From positions 1,143,272 through 1,175,271 of the forward strand of contig NZ_LT963434.1 in the NCBI RefSeq assembly GCF_900199515.1: a stretch of 32,000 bases of DNA, in the 5' to 3' direction. Positions 1-8,970 of the stretch are shown in pieces. The notes under the pieces are model-generated. The model was given only the letters and a program-made list of their open reading frames with translations, did no database searches and was not told where the DNA came from. How positions within the stretch are numbered: position 1 is the first letter of the stretch; each line of letters begins with the position of its first letter. A program made the translations under genes and the position numbers. The DNA comes from Massilicoli timonensis (GTDB taxonomy: Bacteria > Bacillota_I > Bacilli_A > Erysipelotrichales > Erysipelotrichaceae).

Positions 1-530
1 TAATCATCGGAAAAGTTGCTTTCGTCATCGTAATAAGGAATCGCATGTTTTTCACAGTATTTCAACAGATCTTTTTTGGTATAGGCAAGCAGCGGCCGCA
101 CGACAAGGATATTGTGCAGGATCAGCTCTTCTCGAATACCGTAGTATTGTGGTGTGGCATGACGTTTGCGCTGCATGAGATAGGTTTCGATCACATCATC
201 CATCTGATGTGCGACCAAAACGCCGCCGCAGGAATAAGTATCTGCCAGCAGACGGTAAAAATCATAGCGGTATGCACGGGCATATGCCTGAAAATTTCCC
301 TGATGATGGGGATCGCAATACGCCACATGACACATGACATCATGCGCCTTACAGAAGTTTACCACACACATCATATCGCGGTTTGCGCTTGCTCGCTTTT
401 GATAATTCACATGGGCGACGATCACATCCAACTGCTTTTCTAAACACATTGCCAAAAGCGCCATCGAATCGGCGCCGCCGGAGACACCGACGACCCATCT
501 GCGATTTTTTAATTCCCGCCAGTTTGCCAT
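1..530 (-). CDS. tilS: tRNA(Ile)-lysidine synthase TilS, N-terminal part (gene runs off the window edge)
   Basis: Absent from the ORF track because no stop codon lies inside the window. My minus-strand translation from the ATG at 530-528 reads MANWRELKNRRWVVGVSGGADSMALLAMCLEKQLDVIVAHVNYQKRASANRD... It contains the SGGxDS PP-loop motif in the TilS N-terminal layout. An AGGTGA RBS lies 4 nt upstream. The + ORF 45..443 is its antisense shadow. Confidence 0.85.
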   Translation of the reverse strand, partial: MANWRELKNRRWVVGVSGGADSMALLAMCLEKQLDVIVAHVNYQKRASANRDMMCVVNFCKAHDVMCHVAYCDPHHQGNFQAYARAYRYDFYRLLADTYSCGGVLVAHQMDDVIETYLMQRKRHATPQYYGIREELILHNILVVRPLLAYTKKDLLKYCEKHAIPYYDDESNFSDD

Positions 531-557
531 ATCATCACCTATCCGTTTTCTTGCTTT

Positions 558-566
558 ATTATAACA
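558..566 (-). promoter_or_regulatory. Extended -10 promoter element (TGtTATAAT) upstream of tilS
   Basis: The minus strand reads tttaTGtTATAATaaagc about 28 nt upstream of the tilS ATG. The -35 (TGTGCA at 17 nt spacing) is weak. Confidence 0.45.
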
Positions 567-710
567 TAAAGGCTTGCTTCTGCACATGAAATCCTTTGGA
601 TTGCGAAATATTTTGATATCGGTAAATCGCCCTGTCATCCCATTTTCTTGGCTATGTGCGTCATCAGATCTTTTTATGCACATTTGATGAAATCGAAAGT
701 AAAACAAGAA

Positions 711-746
711 AAAAGGAAGTCCGGATCGACCAAGATGCTTCCTTTT
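711..746 (-). terminator. Possible rho-independent terminator after pepD
   Basis: A 9-bp stem (AAAAGGAAG / CTTCCTTTT) is followed on the minus strand by TTCTTG, about 59 nt after the pepD stop. The 18-nt loop is large, so the call is tentative. Confidence 0.35.
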
Positions 747-804
747 CTGCTTCTGTTACAAACTGCTCGGATGAAATCCATGCCGGATCGACACATCGAA
801 GTTT

Positions 805-2223
805 TTACAGTGCGGCGATCAAACGGCACAAGAACGCATAAGTGCGATCAAACGATGCCAGATCCAGTTTTTCATCCGGCGTGTGTACGTCATATAAATT
901 CGGTCCCATTGTTACGATGTCCAATGCCGGCATTTTTTCCTTGAAGATCCCGCATTCCAAACCACCGTGGATCGCTTCCATCTTTAATGGACTGCCATGC
1001 ATCTGTGCATAAACTTCCGCCATCGTGTCCCGCAGTGGGCTGACCTCCATATAATCCCATGCCGGATACCAGTTGTCGCCGCTGCCGTTAAAGCCGAATG
1101 CCGCGGCAATCGTTAACAGTTCGGACTTCATATCCTTGACATAAGAATCCAAAGCGCCGCGCGTACTTGTTTCAATGCGCACCGTATCATCTGCAACAGA
1201 GATGATGCCGGTGTTTTCACTGGCTTGTGTTACGCCGATTTTCTCAGAGAACTGCCGCATACCGCAAGGCAATACATATAACAGGCGGATCGCCGCATCG
1301 CTGTCGCCTTGTTCCATCACCTTTTCCGCTGTTGCTTCTTTTAATTCCCAAGTAAAGCCGGGATCGGTAAATTCCAATTCTTTGCGGATCTTGTTCGCTT
1401 CATCTAAAATAACATCTTTTACCTCTTCTGCTGCGGCAAATACCGCCTGCGCTTCTCTTGGGATCGCATTGATCTTCAAACCGCCCTGCCAGTTTGCCAA
1501 ACGAATGCCTTTCGCTTCATTGGCCGCATGCAGGAGGCGTCCCAGCACTTTATTGGCATTGCCGCGCCCTTTATGGATCTCCGCTCCGCTGTGCCCGCCT
1601 AATAAGCCCTTTACTTCCAGCAGATAGGCAGGTTTTGTATTTTGTTCAAACCGCACTTGTTTTTGCAAGAAAACATCTTCCCCGCCTGCCGAACAAGTAT
1701 TGGTCGTATCTTCTTCTTCGGCGTCGATATTGATCAAACGGGTGCCGCGCAATAAGCTTGGATCCAGTGAAAAGGCGCCGATCATCGTACTTTCCTCATC
1801 AACTGTAAACAACGCTTCGATTGCCGGATGCGCCAGCGTCTGATCTGCCAGCACTGCCATGATCATGGCAACTCCGGCTCCATCATCACCGCCCAGCGTT
1901 GTGCCTTTTGCCCGCAAATAACCGTCCACAATTTCCAGTTTCAGCGGGTCTTTTTCAAAATCATGTTCTACATCGGCATTTTTTTCATTCACCATGTCGA
2001 TATGCGCCTGTAAAATAACGGCATCCTTATCCTCATATCCGCTTGTCGCATCTTTATAAATGATGACATTGTTTACCTGATCCTGTACGGACCGCAGACC
2101 ATGCGCTTTGGCAAACGCCACCAAATGATCGCTGATTGCCTTTTCATTGCCTGAGCCATGCGGGATCCGGGTCAGTTCCTCAAAAAATTTCTGATAAGCT
2201 TTGCTATGATCTAATACGTTCAT
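805..2223 (-). CDS. pepD: Aminoacyl-histidine (Xaa-His) dipeptidase, M20C family
   Basis: 472 aa. The N-terminus, F..L..IPHGSGNEKAISDHLV.FAK..G, continues into QAHIDMV and TTLGGDDGAGVA, which track E. coli PepD along the full length as I recall it. Confidence 0.9.
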   Translation of the reverse strand: MNVLDHSKAYQKFFEELTRIPHGSGNEKAISDHLVAFAKAHGLRSVQDQVNNVIIYKDATSGYEDKDAVILQAHIDMVNEKNADVEHDFEKDPLKLEIVDGYLRAKGTTLGGDDGAGVAMIMAVLADQTLAHPAIEALFTVDEESTMIGAFSLDPSLLRGTRLINIDAEEEDTTNTCSAGGEDVFLQKQVRFEQNTKPAYLLEVKGLLGGHSGAEIHKGRGNANKVLGRLLHAANEAKGIRLANWQGGLKINAIPREAQAVFAAAEEVKDVILDEANKIRKELEFTDPGFTWELKEATAEKVMEQGDSDAAIRLLYVLPCGMRQFSEKIGVTQASENTGIISVADDTVRIETSTRGALDSYVKDMKSELLTIAAAFGFNGSGDNWYPAWDYMEVSPLRDTMAEVYAQMHGSPLKMEAIHGGLECGIFKEKMPALDIVTMGPNLYDVHTPDEKLDLASFDRTYAFLCRLIAAL

Positions 2224-2293
2224 ATGTACCTCCTGTTTCCGCTTTCATTTTAGCACAGTTCTACATAAAAAGACACCTTTTCCCCTTTTATGA

Positions 2294-4123
2294 TCAAGAG
2301 TGATTTTTCAATACCTTTGCATAAACGATCGTAGAATCGTCCTTGCGCTTTACACGCGTCAAAATTTCCATCATCGCTTCAACCTGTGCTTTTGCATCCG
2401 TTCCTTTCCTCATGCGCAGCCATTCATAGATCTCATTCATATAAACGCCGTCGCTAAACATCAAAAACGCGTCGTTTTCCCGCAGCTGCAGCGTATAGCA
2501 GTCCGCATCTAAAGCGTTTAAGATGCCAACCGGCAAATTGTTGCCGCTGATCTCCAACAATTCATCTCCGCGAATCAAAATGGTCGGACAGGCGGCGCTT
2601 TTGAAAATATAGGCAAGTTTTTGATTGAGATCGAAGGTAATGACATCCATGGTCGCGAATACATCGCTCTGCAATAGCCGGTTCATACAGCGCACACTGA
2701 TATCCATAGGAATATCACTGCTGATCATTCTTTGGAAGATCGTTGTCATGCTGCGGGAAACCGTTGCGGCACGATCACCGCTTCCCATTCCATCACTGAT
2801 CATACAAATGCGGTACTGCCGATATGCAAAGATAGAAAAACTGTCGCCGCAGCGTGATTCTTTTCTCAAGCTGTCGGCATACGCATCCAGCACAAAAGGC
2901 TGTACGCTTTCTAAGACCAGTTCTCTGCGGTTGCGCAAGAAGCGTCGGCTTTGTTCTTTCTTGATCTCCAGCCGGCAGTCACACAAACTTTCTAACAACG
3001 GCAGGATCGTTTCCTGTCCTTCCTGTGCTTTCAGATTGCATAAGGTCAAAGCGATGTGGATCATGCCTTCTTCATTTTCTTCATAATAAAAATGTTCTAT
3101 TTCATAACGATACACCTCTAAAGTTTTACGAATCTTGTTTTCACGATCTTCCCGCAGCGCATGCAAATACATGATCGAGGCACTATAAGACAACGCTTCT
3201 GCCATATGTCCCAGTATTTCCGATTGTACCGGAGAAATGGCAGCATAATACTCTGCAAGCGTATCAAAAATGGCTGAAAAATTATGAAGCCGCCGCTTAA
3301 AGTCTTTTTGTTGATTGGTGCATACATATGCGGCAGCTGTTTCTTTGGTCAATCGTTCATAAAGATAGGCACACACAAAACAACCGTATATGCCAAGCAG
3401 CAGCCACGAAGAAAAAAAGACTGCACCGCCAATGCCGCTTACACTTAATAGAAATAAATTTTGACGGAAATAGGCGCAAATGATCACAAACAAATAGTAA
3501 AGCGGCGCCGATATTGCGGCACTTAACCCATACAGCAGCAGCAACGTGACCAAAGCTGTTTCAAATTCCGCACGCAGACAAAGCATTACCCCGACAACCG
3601 CAAGCAGCGAAACGCCATAGTGAGGGAAAAGAAACGCTGCCCAAATCGCAATGCTTAATGCGATCAAGGTCTGGGTGATATGAAAGTGGCGGCTTGCCTC
3701 CTCCATATGCAGCCGATCACTTTCAAACAATAAGATCTGTGCAGCTAAAATACAGATGATCCGCGCAGGCGCCATCTGTAAATACATCGCATATACCGCA
3801 CTGCTCCCCACTACGCCAAACATTACCCACTTGCCGATATTGCCGCCGCACAGCCGGGCAGCTTCTATCATACAAAAAACAATCATCAATAACAAGGCTA
3901 TGACATATACATTGGATAGAGAACCGAATACAAATGCGCTGCCGCAAAGAAACAATGCACCGATCCATGCATCTCTTTTCTCTTTCCAGTACCGGTACCC
4001 GATCAAAGTCATACCGATCAACACCAGCACGCCCTGTCCCATCCAAAGCAATGTCAGCGGCACCATTTCCCGCCAGGTGAAGGCAAGATGGCGATGCCGC
4101 TGTCTTCTGATACTTTCTTCCAC
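2294..4123 (-). CDS. spoIIE: Stage II sporulation protein E-like membrane PP2C phosphatase
   Basis: 609 aa with a GTG start preceded by GGAGAGG. About 330 aa of polytopic membrane N-terminus are followed by a C-terminal SpoIIE/PP2C domain (ISDGMGSGDRAA ... LMFSDGVY). Synteny with tilS matches B. subtilis. Confidence 0.8.
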   Translation of the reverse strand: MEESIRRQRHRHLAFTWREMVPLTLLWMGQGVLVLIGMTLIGYRYWKEKRDAWIGALFLCGSAFVFGSLSNVYVIALLLMIVFCMIEAARLCGGNIGKWVMFGVVGSSAVYAMYLQMAPARIICILAAQILLFESDRLHMEEASRHFHITQTLIALSIAIWAAFLFPHYGVSLLAVVGVMLCLRAEFETALVTLLLLYGLSAAISAPLYYLFVIICAYFRQNLFLLSVSGIGGAVFFSSWLLLGIYGCFVCAYLYERLTKETAAAYVCTNQQKDFKRRLHNFSAIFDTLAEYYAAISPVQSEILGHMAEALSYSASIMYLHALREDRENKIRKTLEVYRYEIEHFYYEENEEGMIHIALTLCNLKAQEGQETILPLLESLCDCRLEIKKEQSRRFLRNRRELVLESVQPFVLDAYADSLRKESRCGDSFSIFAYRQYRICMISDGMGSGDRAATVSRSMTTIFQRMISSDIPMDISVRCMNRLLQSDVFATMDVITFDLNQKLAYIFKSAACPTILIRGDELLEISGNNLPVGILNALDADCYTLQLRENDAFLMFSDGVYMNEIYEWLRMRKGTDAKAQVEAMMEILTRVKRKDDSTIVYAKVLKNHS

Positions 4124-4309
4124 ACTTTCACCTCTCCCCCATTGTAGTGAATGTATAGGGAAGAAACCTGTCGATTTTCCAACGGGATCATCATTTATCT
4201 TATGATACTTATAAAGTCTAAGTCATCTATCCTCTCGATTTTATCAAATGATCGATCAATTTCTTTTTAGCGCTGTTCCTGCTTTTCTTTTTCTCCCCAA
4301 ATTTCACCT

Positions 4310-4879
4310 TTACACCAAACACTGCAACACCCGCTCTCTGATTTCCTGAAACTGTTTGCTGTTTTTACGTACATGCGCTTTGATGTCGATAATTCTCGCT
4401 GTATTGATCCACTTTACATCATTGATGAACAACACCGATTCCTTATTCATCCCCGCCAGTTTTCCTAAACGCATCAAATGCTTTTTCCCCTTTGGATTAT
4501 CCTTTCCATAAGCGCTTAAATAAGCCTGATAATTACCGCTCATCGGCACGACAAACGCCTTGTTGCGATAGAGCTTCAAGATCAGACCGAAATGCTGAAA
4601 TCCGATCTCATTGCGATAAGCCTCGCCAAAGTCTATGTATGCAATATCGCCTACACGCACCCGAATGCCCAGCTCCTCACAAGAATAATAATCCCTTCGA
4701 TTTTGATAATTAACGGCGCTGATCATACGGGGAACCGCCTCGCCAATGCTTAAACTGTGATATTCGCCGCCTTTTTCTTCTACATACTGATTCCATAAAC
4801 GATCCCACTCATGACTTTTGGATACCGGCTGCGTACCGTCTTCTTTCTGCATCATCCCCATTAGTTTCTGAATATCCAT
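4310..4879 (-). CDS. Hypothetical protein with a C-terminal MazF/PemK-like fold and a ~70 aa N-terminal extension
   Basis: I moved the start to MDIQK (ATG 4879) because GGGAGGTG lies 8 nt upstream; the track start at 4933 has no RBS. The segment VGDIAYIDFGEAYRNEIGFQHFGLIL...AFVVPMSGN...SVLFINDVKWINTARII follows the MazF/NdoA beta-strand pattern (GDV.fadl....GsEq.g.RPvLVi...ai.T...SVill.QirtID..Rl). Confidence 0.5.
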   Translation of the reverse strand: MDIQKLMGMMQKEDGTQPVSKSHEWDRLWNQYVEEKGGEYHSLSIGEAVPRMISAVNYQNRRDYYSCEELGIRVRVGDIAYIDFGEAYRNEIGFQHFGLILKLYRNKAFVVPMSGNYQAYLSAYGKDNPKGKKHLMRLGKLAGMNKESVLFINDVKWINTARIIDIKAHVRKNSKQFQEIRERVLQCLV

Positions 4880-4999
4880 TTCAGCCACCTCCCATATGTA
4901 ATATACGTCAAAGAGAACATGATTCCTAAACATCCCTTTTTTTACCGGATGCTTATCATCATGATCTTATCCTTTCTTGCCCGTTCCTATTCTCCCATA

Positions 5000-5021
5000 T
5001 AAAAAAGAGCATCACTGCTCT
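5000..5021 (-). terminator. Weak rho-independent terminator overlapping the tagO-like stop codon
   Basis: Minus strand: AGAGCA-gtga-TGCTCT followed by TTTTTAT. The 6-bp stem holds the TGA stop in its loop. Confidence 0.45.
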
Positions 5022-6109
5022 TCCTTTTCAGCTTGTTGTTTTTCTGTTTCCTTTTCTTCATCCGGTCTGCGCCGCACCAGTCGATGAAAGATTCCCAGCA
5101 GTGGATGATACTTCGATGAGATCATCTGACTCGATTCAATAAACAACTCGAAGCCAAGCATGATGATCGCCATACAAATCAATCCGGCTGCCTTATTTAC
5201 AATATAGACATAGGCGGTCAAACCGAAAAGCGCCGTGATCGCATATAAGATCAACACCGTATTGCGATGTCCAAACCGCCGCATCAGCGCATGATGCAAA
5301 TGATTGCGATCCGCATCGGAGAACTTATGCCCGGCCAAAGTCCTGCGCAAGATCGCGGATAAAGTGTCAATGATCGGAATCAGCAGCATCAAGATCGGCA
5401 AAGCCAATGTAATGATGGTCGATCCCTTAAAGCCAAGCAAAGAGATGACCGCAATGCTGAAGCCTAAAAACTGCGAGCCGCAATCCCCCATAAAGATGGA
5501 TGCGGGATAAGAGTTATAGATGAGAAAACCCAAGCTCGCACCGGCCAAGATCAGTGAGGGTATGACGACATCACTGCGCGGTACGACGAGCGCAAGCGAT
5601 GCGATAACGATCAAAACGATCGCGCTCAAGCCTCCGGCCAAGCCATCCAATCCATCGATCAAATTGATGGCATTGGTGATCCCGGTAATCCAGAAAAACG
5701 TAACGATCATCGAAATGATCCCCATATCGATGCGAATGCCTAACGGCAGACGAATGACATCAAGCGACACATTCCCCATCAGCATGACGATCAGTGCCGC
5801 TAACACTTGAAATCCAAACTTATAGCGCGGTCTTAGATCGACCAGATCATCGATCAAACCGCCCATGAACATGACAAAGCCGCCGATCAAGATCGCATTG
5901 AACGTCGCATCTACTTCTACAAAACAAGTCATGGATACGATAAACGCCACATAGATCGCGACGCCGCCGATCCTGGCTATCTTGCCGGTATGGATCGTAC
6001 GCTCATTGATTTCCGCATAGGCGCCTAAAGCAACGGCGATCCGCTTTACCAGCGGGGTAATGCCGACAGAGATGGCAAAGGGCACAAACAGATACAGCAG
6101 ATAATCCAT
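5012..6109 (-). CDS. tagO: Undecaprenyl-phosphate GlcNAc-1-phosphate transferase (glycosyltransferase family 4, TagO/WecA/MraY-like)
   Basis: 365 aa polytopic membrane protein. Motifs: IGGLIDDLVDL, NAINLIDGLDGLAGG, and a Y.A.IFMGD.GSQFLGF-like segment (YPASIFMGDCGSQFLGF). These are typical of GT4 polyprenyl-phosphate HexNAc-1-P transferases. Confidence 0.8.
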   Translation of the reverse strand: MDYLLYLFVPFAISVGITPLVKRIAVALGAYAEINERTIHTGKIARIGGVAIYVAFIVSMTCFVEVDATFNAILIGGFVMFMGGLIDDLVDLRPRYKFGFQVLAALIVMLMGNVSLDVIRLPLGIRIDMGIISMIVTFFWITGITNAINLIDGLDGLAGGLSAIVLIVIASLALVVPRSDVVIPSLILAGASLGFLIYNSYPASIFMGDCGSQFLGFSIAVISLLGFKGSTIITLALPILMLLIPIIDTLSAILRRTLAGHKFSDADRNHLHHALMRRFGHRNTVLILYAITALFGLTAYVYIVNKAAGLICMAIIMLGFELFIESSQMISSKYHPLLGIFHRLVRRRPDEEKETEKQQAEKEEQ

Positions 6110-6137
6110 CTCTCACACCTCCGGCTTCCTTCGTTTC

Positions 6138-7124
6138 CTATCTTACCAAATGCAAATTTTCCAACAATACACCGGTTCCTTCGGCAACACAGCGCAGTGC
6201 ATTTTCCGCAACATATACCGGAATATGCAATTCATTGCGCAGCAGTTCATCAATTCCATCCAACAATGCGCCGCCGCCGGTCAGAACGATCCCACGCGTT
6301 ACGATATCCGCCGCCAGTTCAGGCGGTGTCTGTTCCAATACCGTTTTGCATGCACGTACGATATTCTGCAGGCTTTCACGCATACAGCCTTCGATCTGAC
6401 TGCTTGTCAATGTGATCGTATGCGGCAGTCCCGTTACTAAATCACGACCGCTGACTTCGATCGATTCATTGCGCGATCCGGCCCAAGCCGTACCGATCAC
6501 CTTTTTGATTTCTTCTGCCGTACGATCACCGATCAGCAGTTTCTTTTCTTCTTTTACATATTTGATAATATCGCGATCCAGCGTATCGCCCGCAACCTTC
6601 AAAGAAGTAGATGAGACGATCTCGCCTAATGACAGCACGGCCACATCTGTCGTTCCGCCGCCGATGTCAAGCACCATGCTTCCGCTTGCTTTGCTGATAT
6701 CAAGACCGGCGCCGACCGCAGCGACCTTCGGTTCTTCTTCGATATACACTTTCTTCGCACCGGCACGATAAGCCGCATCACGAATCGCGTTGCGTTCAAC
6801 CGATGTAATATTAGACGGACAGCAGATCAAGATCGTCGGACGCTTGAACATGCCCTTCAAATTCAATTTCTTCAAAAAGTAGTTCAGCATGATCTCGCAC
6901 ACTTCAAAATCTGCAATTACCCCATCCTTCAGCGGACGAATCGCCAATACACGTCCCGGCGTTCTTCCCAGCATGTCTTTTGCCTCCTGTCCGGCTGCCA
7001 GACATCTCTTTGTTTCAGCATCTATGGAAACGACTGAAGGTTCATCGATCACAATTCCTTCCCCTTTTACATAAATCAGTAGGTTTGCTGTTCCTAAGTC
7101 GATACCAACTTCTTTTGTAAACAT
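6138..7124 (-). CDS. mbl: Actin-like rod-shape protein, MreB/Mbl family
   Basis: I moved the start to MFTKEVGIDLGTAN (ATG 7124) because GGAGG lies 8 nt upstream. The sequence is near-collinear with B. subtilis Mbl as recalled (GRTPG...AIRPLKDGVIADFEV, DIGGGTTDVAV, LTGGGALL). Its position next to spoIID and spoIIQ fits mbl. Confidence 0.9.
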   Translation of the reverse strand: MFTKEVGIDLGTANLLIYVKGEGIVIDEPSVVSIDAETKRCLAAGQEAKDMLGRTPGRVLAIRPLKDGVIADFEVCEIMLNYFLKKLNLKGMFKRPTILICCPSNITSVERNAIRDAAYRAGAKKVYIEEEPKVAAVGAGLDISKASGSMVLDIGGGTTDVAVLSLGEIVSSTSLKVAGDTLDRDIIKYVKEEKKLLIGDRTAEEIKKVIGTAWAGSRNESIEVSGRDLVTGLPHTITLTSSQIEGCMRESLQNIVRACKTVLEQTPPELAADIVTRGIVLTGGGALLDGIDELLRNELHIPVYVAENALRCVAEGTGVLLENLHLVR

Positions 7125-7156
7125 TTTATATTCCTCCATTTCTACAAGGCATAAAC

Positions 7157-7165
7157 ATTATAACA
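7157..7165 (-). promoter_or_regulatory. Extended -10 promoter element (TGtTATAAT) upstream of mbl
   Basis: The minus strand reads aaaaaTGtTATAATgtttatg about 33 nt upstream of the ATG at 7124 and downstream of the terminator at 7263-7295. Confidence 0.5.
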
Positions 7166-7262
7166 CATTTTTCCAAATTAAAAAGACAAAATCATAATTC
7201 CGCAGGTTTCCCATCACTTTCTCATAACATCACGTAAAATCGCCTGTTTTTCATGCTTTTAT

Positions 7263-7295
7263 CGAAAAACAGCACCCGTCATGCAGGGTGCTGCT
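7263..7295 (-). terminator. Rho-independent terminator after the spoIIQ-like gene
   Basis: Minus strand: CAGCACCC-tgcatgac-GGGTGCTG followed by TTTTTCG, about 30 nt after the stop at 7325. Confidence 0.8.
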
Positions 7296-7324
7296 TCACG
7301 CATTTCACGATCAGCTCAGAAGCT

Positions 7325-7954
7325 TTACTGGATGTCTTTGACCGCCAGCCCATAGATCGATTCAGGATCGATGAGCCGATCACCTTTGCTTACTACGATA
7401 TGCACATGATTGCCCAGATCCTTTCCATAAATATTCACGCCCGCCTGTGCGATGACATCGCCCTGTTTGATTGCATCGCCCGCCTGCAGCGTCGGAGCGC
7501 TCAAAGACTGATACGTAATGGTCAGATCATCGCTTTTGACCTTTACCGTATGTCCGAACATGGCATCTTCTTTTACTTCCTCCACGCTGCCGCTGAAAAT
7601 CGCCAACACATCAAACGCCTCATTTTGATAAGCATAGTCAATGCCCTGGTTCATCCGATACACCCCTTCAAACTGGGAGAAGCTGTCTACTTCACTTTCA
7701 CTTCCATCATAGAAATCCAATACGATGCTCGCTTCATTTTGATAAGGGCGGATCGCCGTTTCAGCAGCCTTGGGAATAGAAATGACCGGGATATCTACTT
7801 CTTTGACGACCGGTTTTGTCGCTGTTTCCTCCTCCTTGCCTAATTCATTCATAGATAAGATGCCGACCATCGCCAGCAGAAACAAGCCGCTGCCACATGC
7901 CGCATAGATTCTTGCGCGTTTGTTTTTCTTCGTATAAGCATACATACTTTTCAC
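7325..7954 (-). CDS. spoIIQ: SpoIIQ-like degenerate LytM (M23) domain membrane protein
   Basis: 209 aa with an N-terminal TM helix (IYAACGSGLFLLAMVGILS). The C-terminal LytM domain YRMNQGIDYA...FDVLAIFSGSV...TYQSL...GNHVHIVV..G..IDP closely tracks B. subtilis SpoIIQ as recalled. It lies adjacent to spoIID. Confidence 0.7.
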   Translation of the reverse strand: MKSMYAYTKKNKRARIYAACGSGLFLLAMVGILSMNELGKEEETATKPVVKEVDIPVISIPKAAETAIRPYQNEASIVLDFYDGSESEVDSFSQFEGVYRMNQGIDYAYQNEAFDVLAIFSGSVEEVKEDAMFGHTVKVKSDDLTITYQSLSAPTLQAGDAIKQGDVIAQAGVNIYGKDLGNHVHIVVSKGDRLIDPESIYGLAVKDIQ

Positions 7955-7986
7955 CTCTGATTTCAGTATGCCCGCGCCTTTCCCCC

Positions 7987-8901
7987 TTATACATTTGCTT
8001 TGCTGATTTCTGCACCCTGATAATAGTATTGTAAGATCTCACGGTAATTCTGCCCCTCTAACGCCATTCCCAGCGCCCCATACTGGCTCATGCCGATTCC
8101 ATGGCCGCTGCCTTTGGTGATAAAAACAAAGCCTTCTTCACTTTCCACGATGCGAAAGCTGCTGCTGCGAAGGGAAAATGCCTCACGTATCTCTCTGCCG
8201 CTTTTACAGATCTCACCTACACACAGCTTTTCCACATAACCGCTGTCATAATAAGTAATGGCAGGAAGGGAAGAAAGCGCAGTGCCCATTGTTTCCGCCA
8301 AAGCGGCAGCGCTGACTGCCTTTTCACTTTCATAATTGTCTTGCAGTTCTGCTTCCCAAGGCGAAGGAACCGACCTTAGATAAGGCACATCCTTTTGCCA
8401 GTATTCAGCAGCATTATTGGTATTGCCGCAGCTGGAAGAATAAAACGCCGCCGTGATATAAGCGCCATCATAAGTCAGCACTTCTCCTTTTGTCGCTTCT
8501 ACCGCCGTTTTGATCTTTGCCCAGTTTTCCTCATACGCACTTCCCCACTGCTCGCGCAGCTGTGCTTCATCCTTATAAACTTGAGAAGCGGTCGTATCAT
8601 CTACTTCCAGCGTGCGCTGATAAACATAAGTCCGCGCCGCTACACTTTGTGCTTTCAGCGCCTCCATTTCAAAAGAGACTGGCATCTCCGCAGCAACCAC
8701 TCCCATCACATACTCCTCCAATGGCTTGATCTCCACTGCATCATCACGATGCAGCGTTACCGTGATCGCTTCCTCTTTCTCCTGTTTCCCACTGCTTTCA
8801 TGTGTTGTTTCTTTGATCCATGTTTCCTGTTTGAAGCTTTCTTTCAGCAACAAAAGAAACACGATGACAAACACACCTGCCACTATGTATACTTTCCTCA
8901 T
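7987..8901 (-). CDS. spoIID: Stage II sporulation protein D (lytic transglycosylase)
   Basis: 304 aa with an N-terminal TM anchor. Matches the SpoIID family signature: EEYVMGVVAAEMP...EALKAQSVAARTYV..., AFYSSSCGNT, GHGIGMSQYGA. Confidence 0.9.
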   Translation of the reverse strand: MRKVYIVAGVFVIVFLLLLKESFKQETWIKETTHESSGKQEKEEAITVTLHRDDAVEIKPLEEYVMGVVAAEMPVSFEMEALKAQSVAARTYVYQRTLEVDDTTASQVYKDEAQLREQWGSAYEENWAKIKTAVEATKGEVLTYDGAYITAAFYSSSCGNTNNAAEYWQKDVPYLRSVPSPWEAELQDNYESEKAVSAAALAETMGTALSSLPAITYYDSGYVEKLCVGEICKSGREIREAFSLRSSSFRIVESEEGFVFITKGSGHGIGMSQYGALGMALEGQNYREILQYYYQGAEISKANV

Positions 8902-8970
8902 AAAAAACCACCCTCATCTCATTTTATGAAGGCGGTCTTGATTGTATGTTGTGATCTTTGTTTTCTTCTA

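Noticed and set aside
45-443. 132-aa + strand ORF at the window start
   Set aside because: It lies antisense to a convincing tilS reading frame (SGGADS PP-loop, good RBS) and has an odd composition with no recognisable motif. It is a shadow ORF.
4880-4933. Longer 207-aa form of the MazF-like ORF
   Set aside because: There is no RBS before the ATG at 4933, whereas GGGAGGTG precedes the ATG at 4879 at ideal spacing. The extra 18 aa are hydrophobic or aromatic with no signal-peptide logic.
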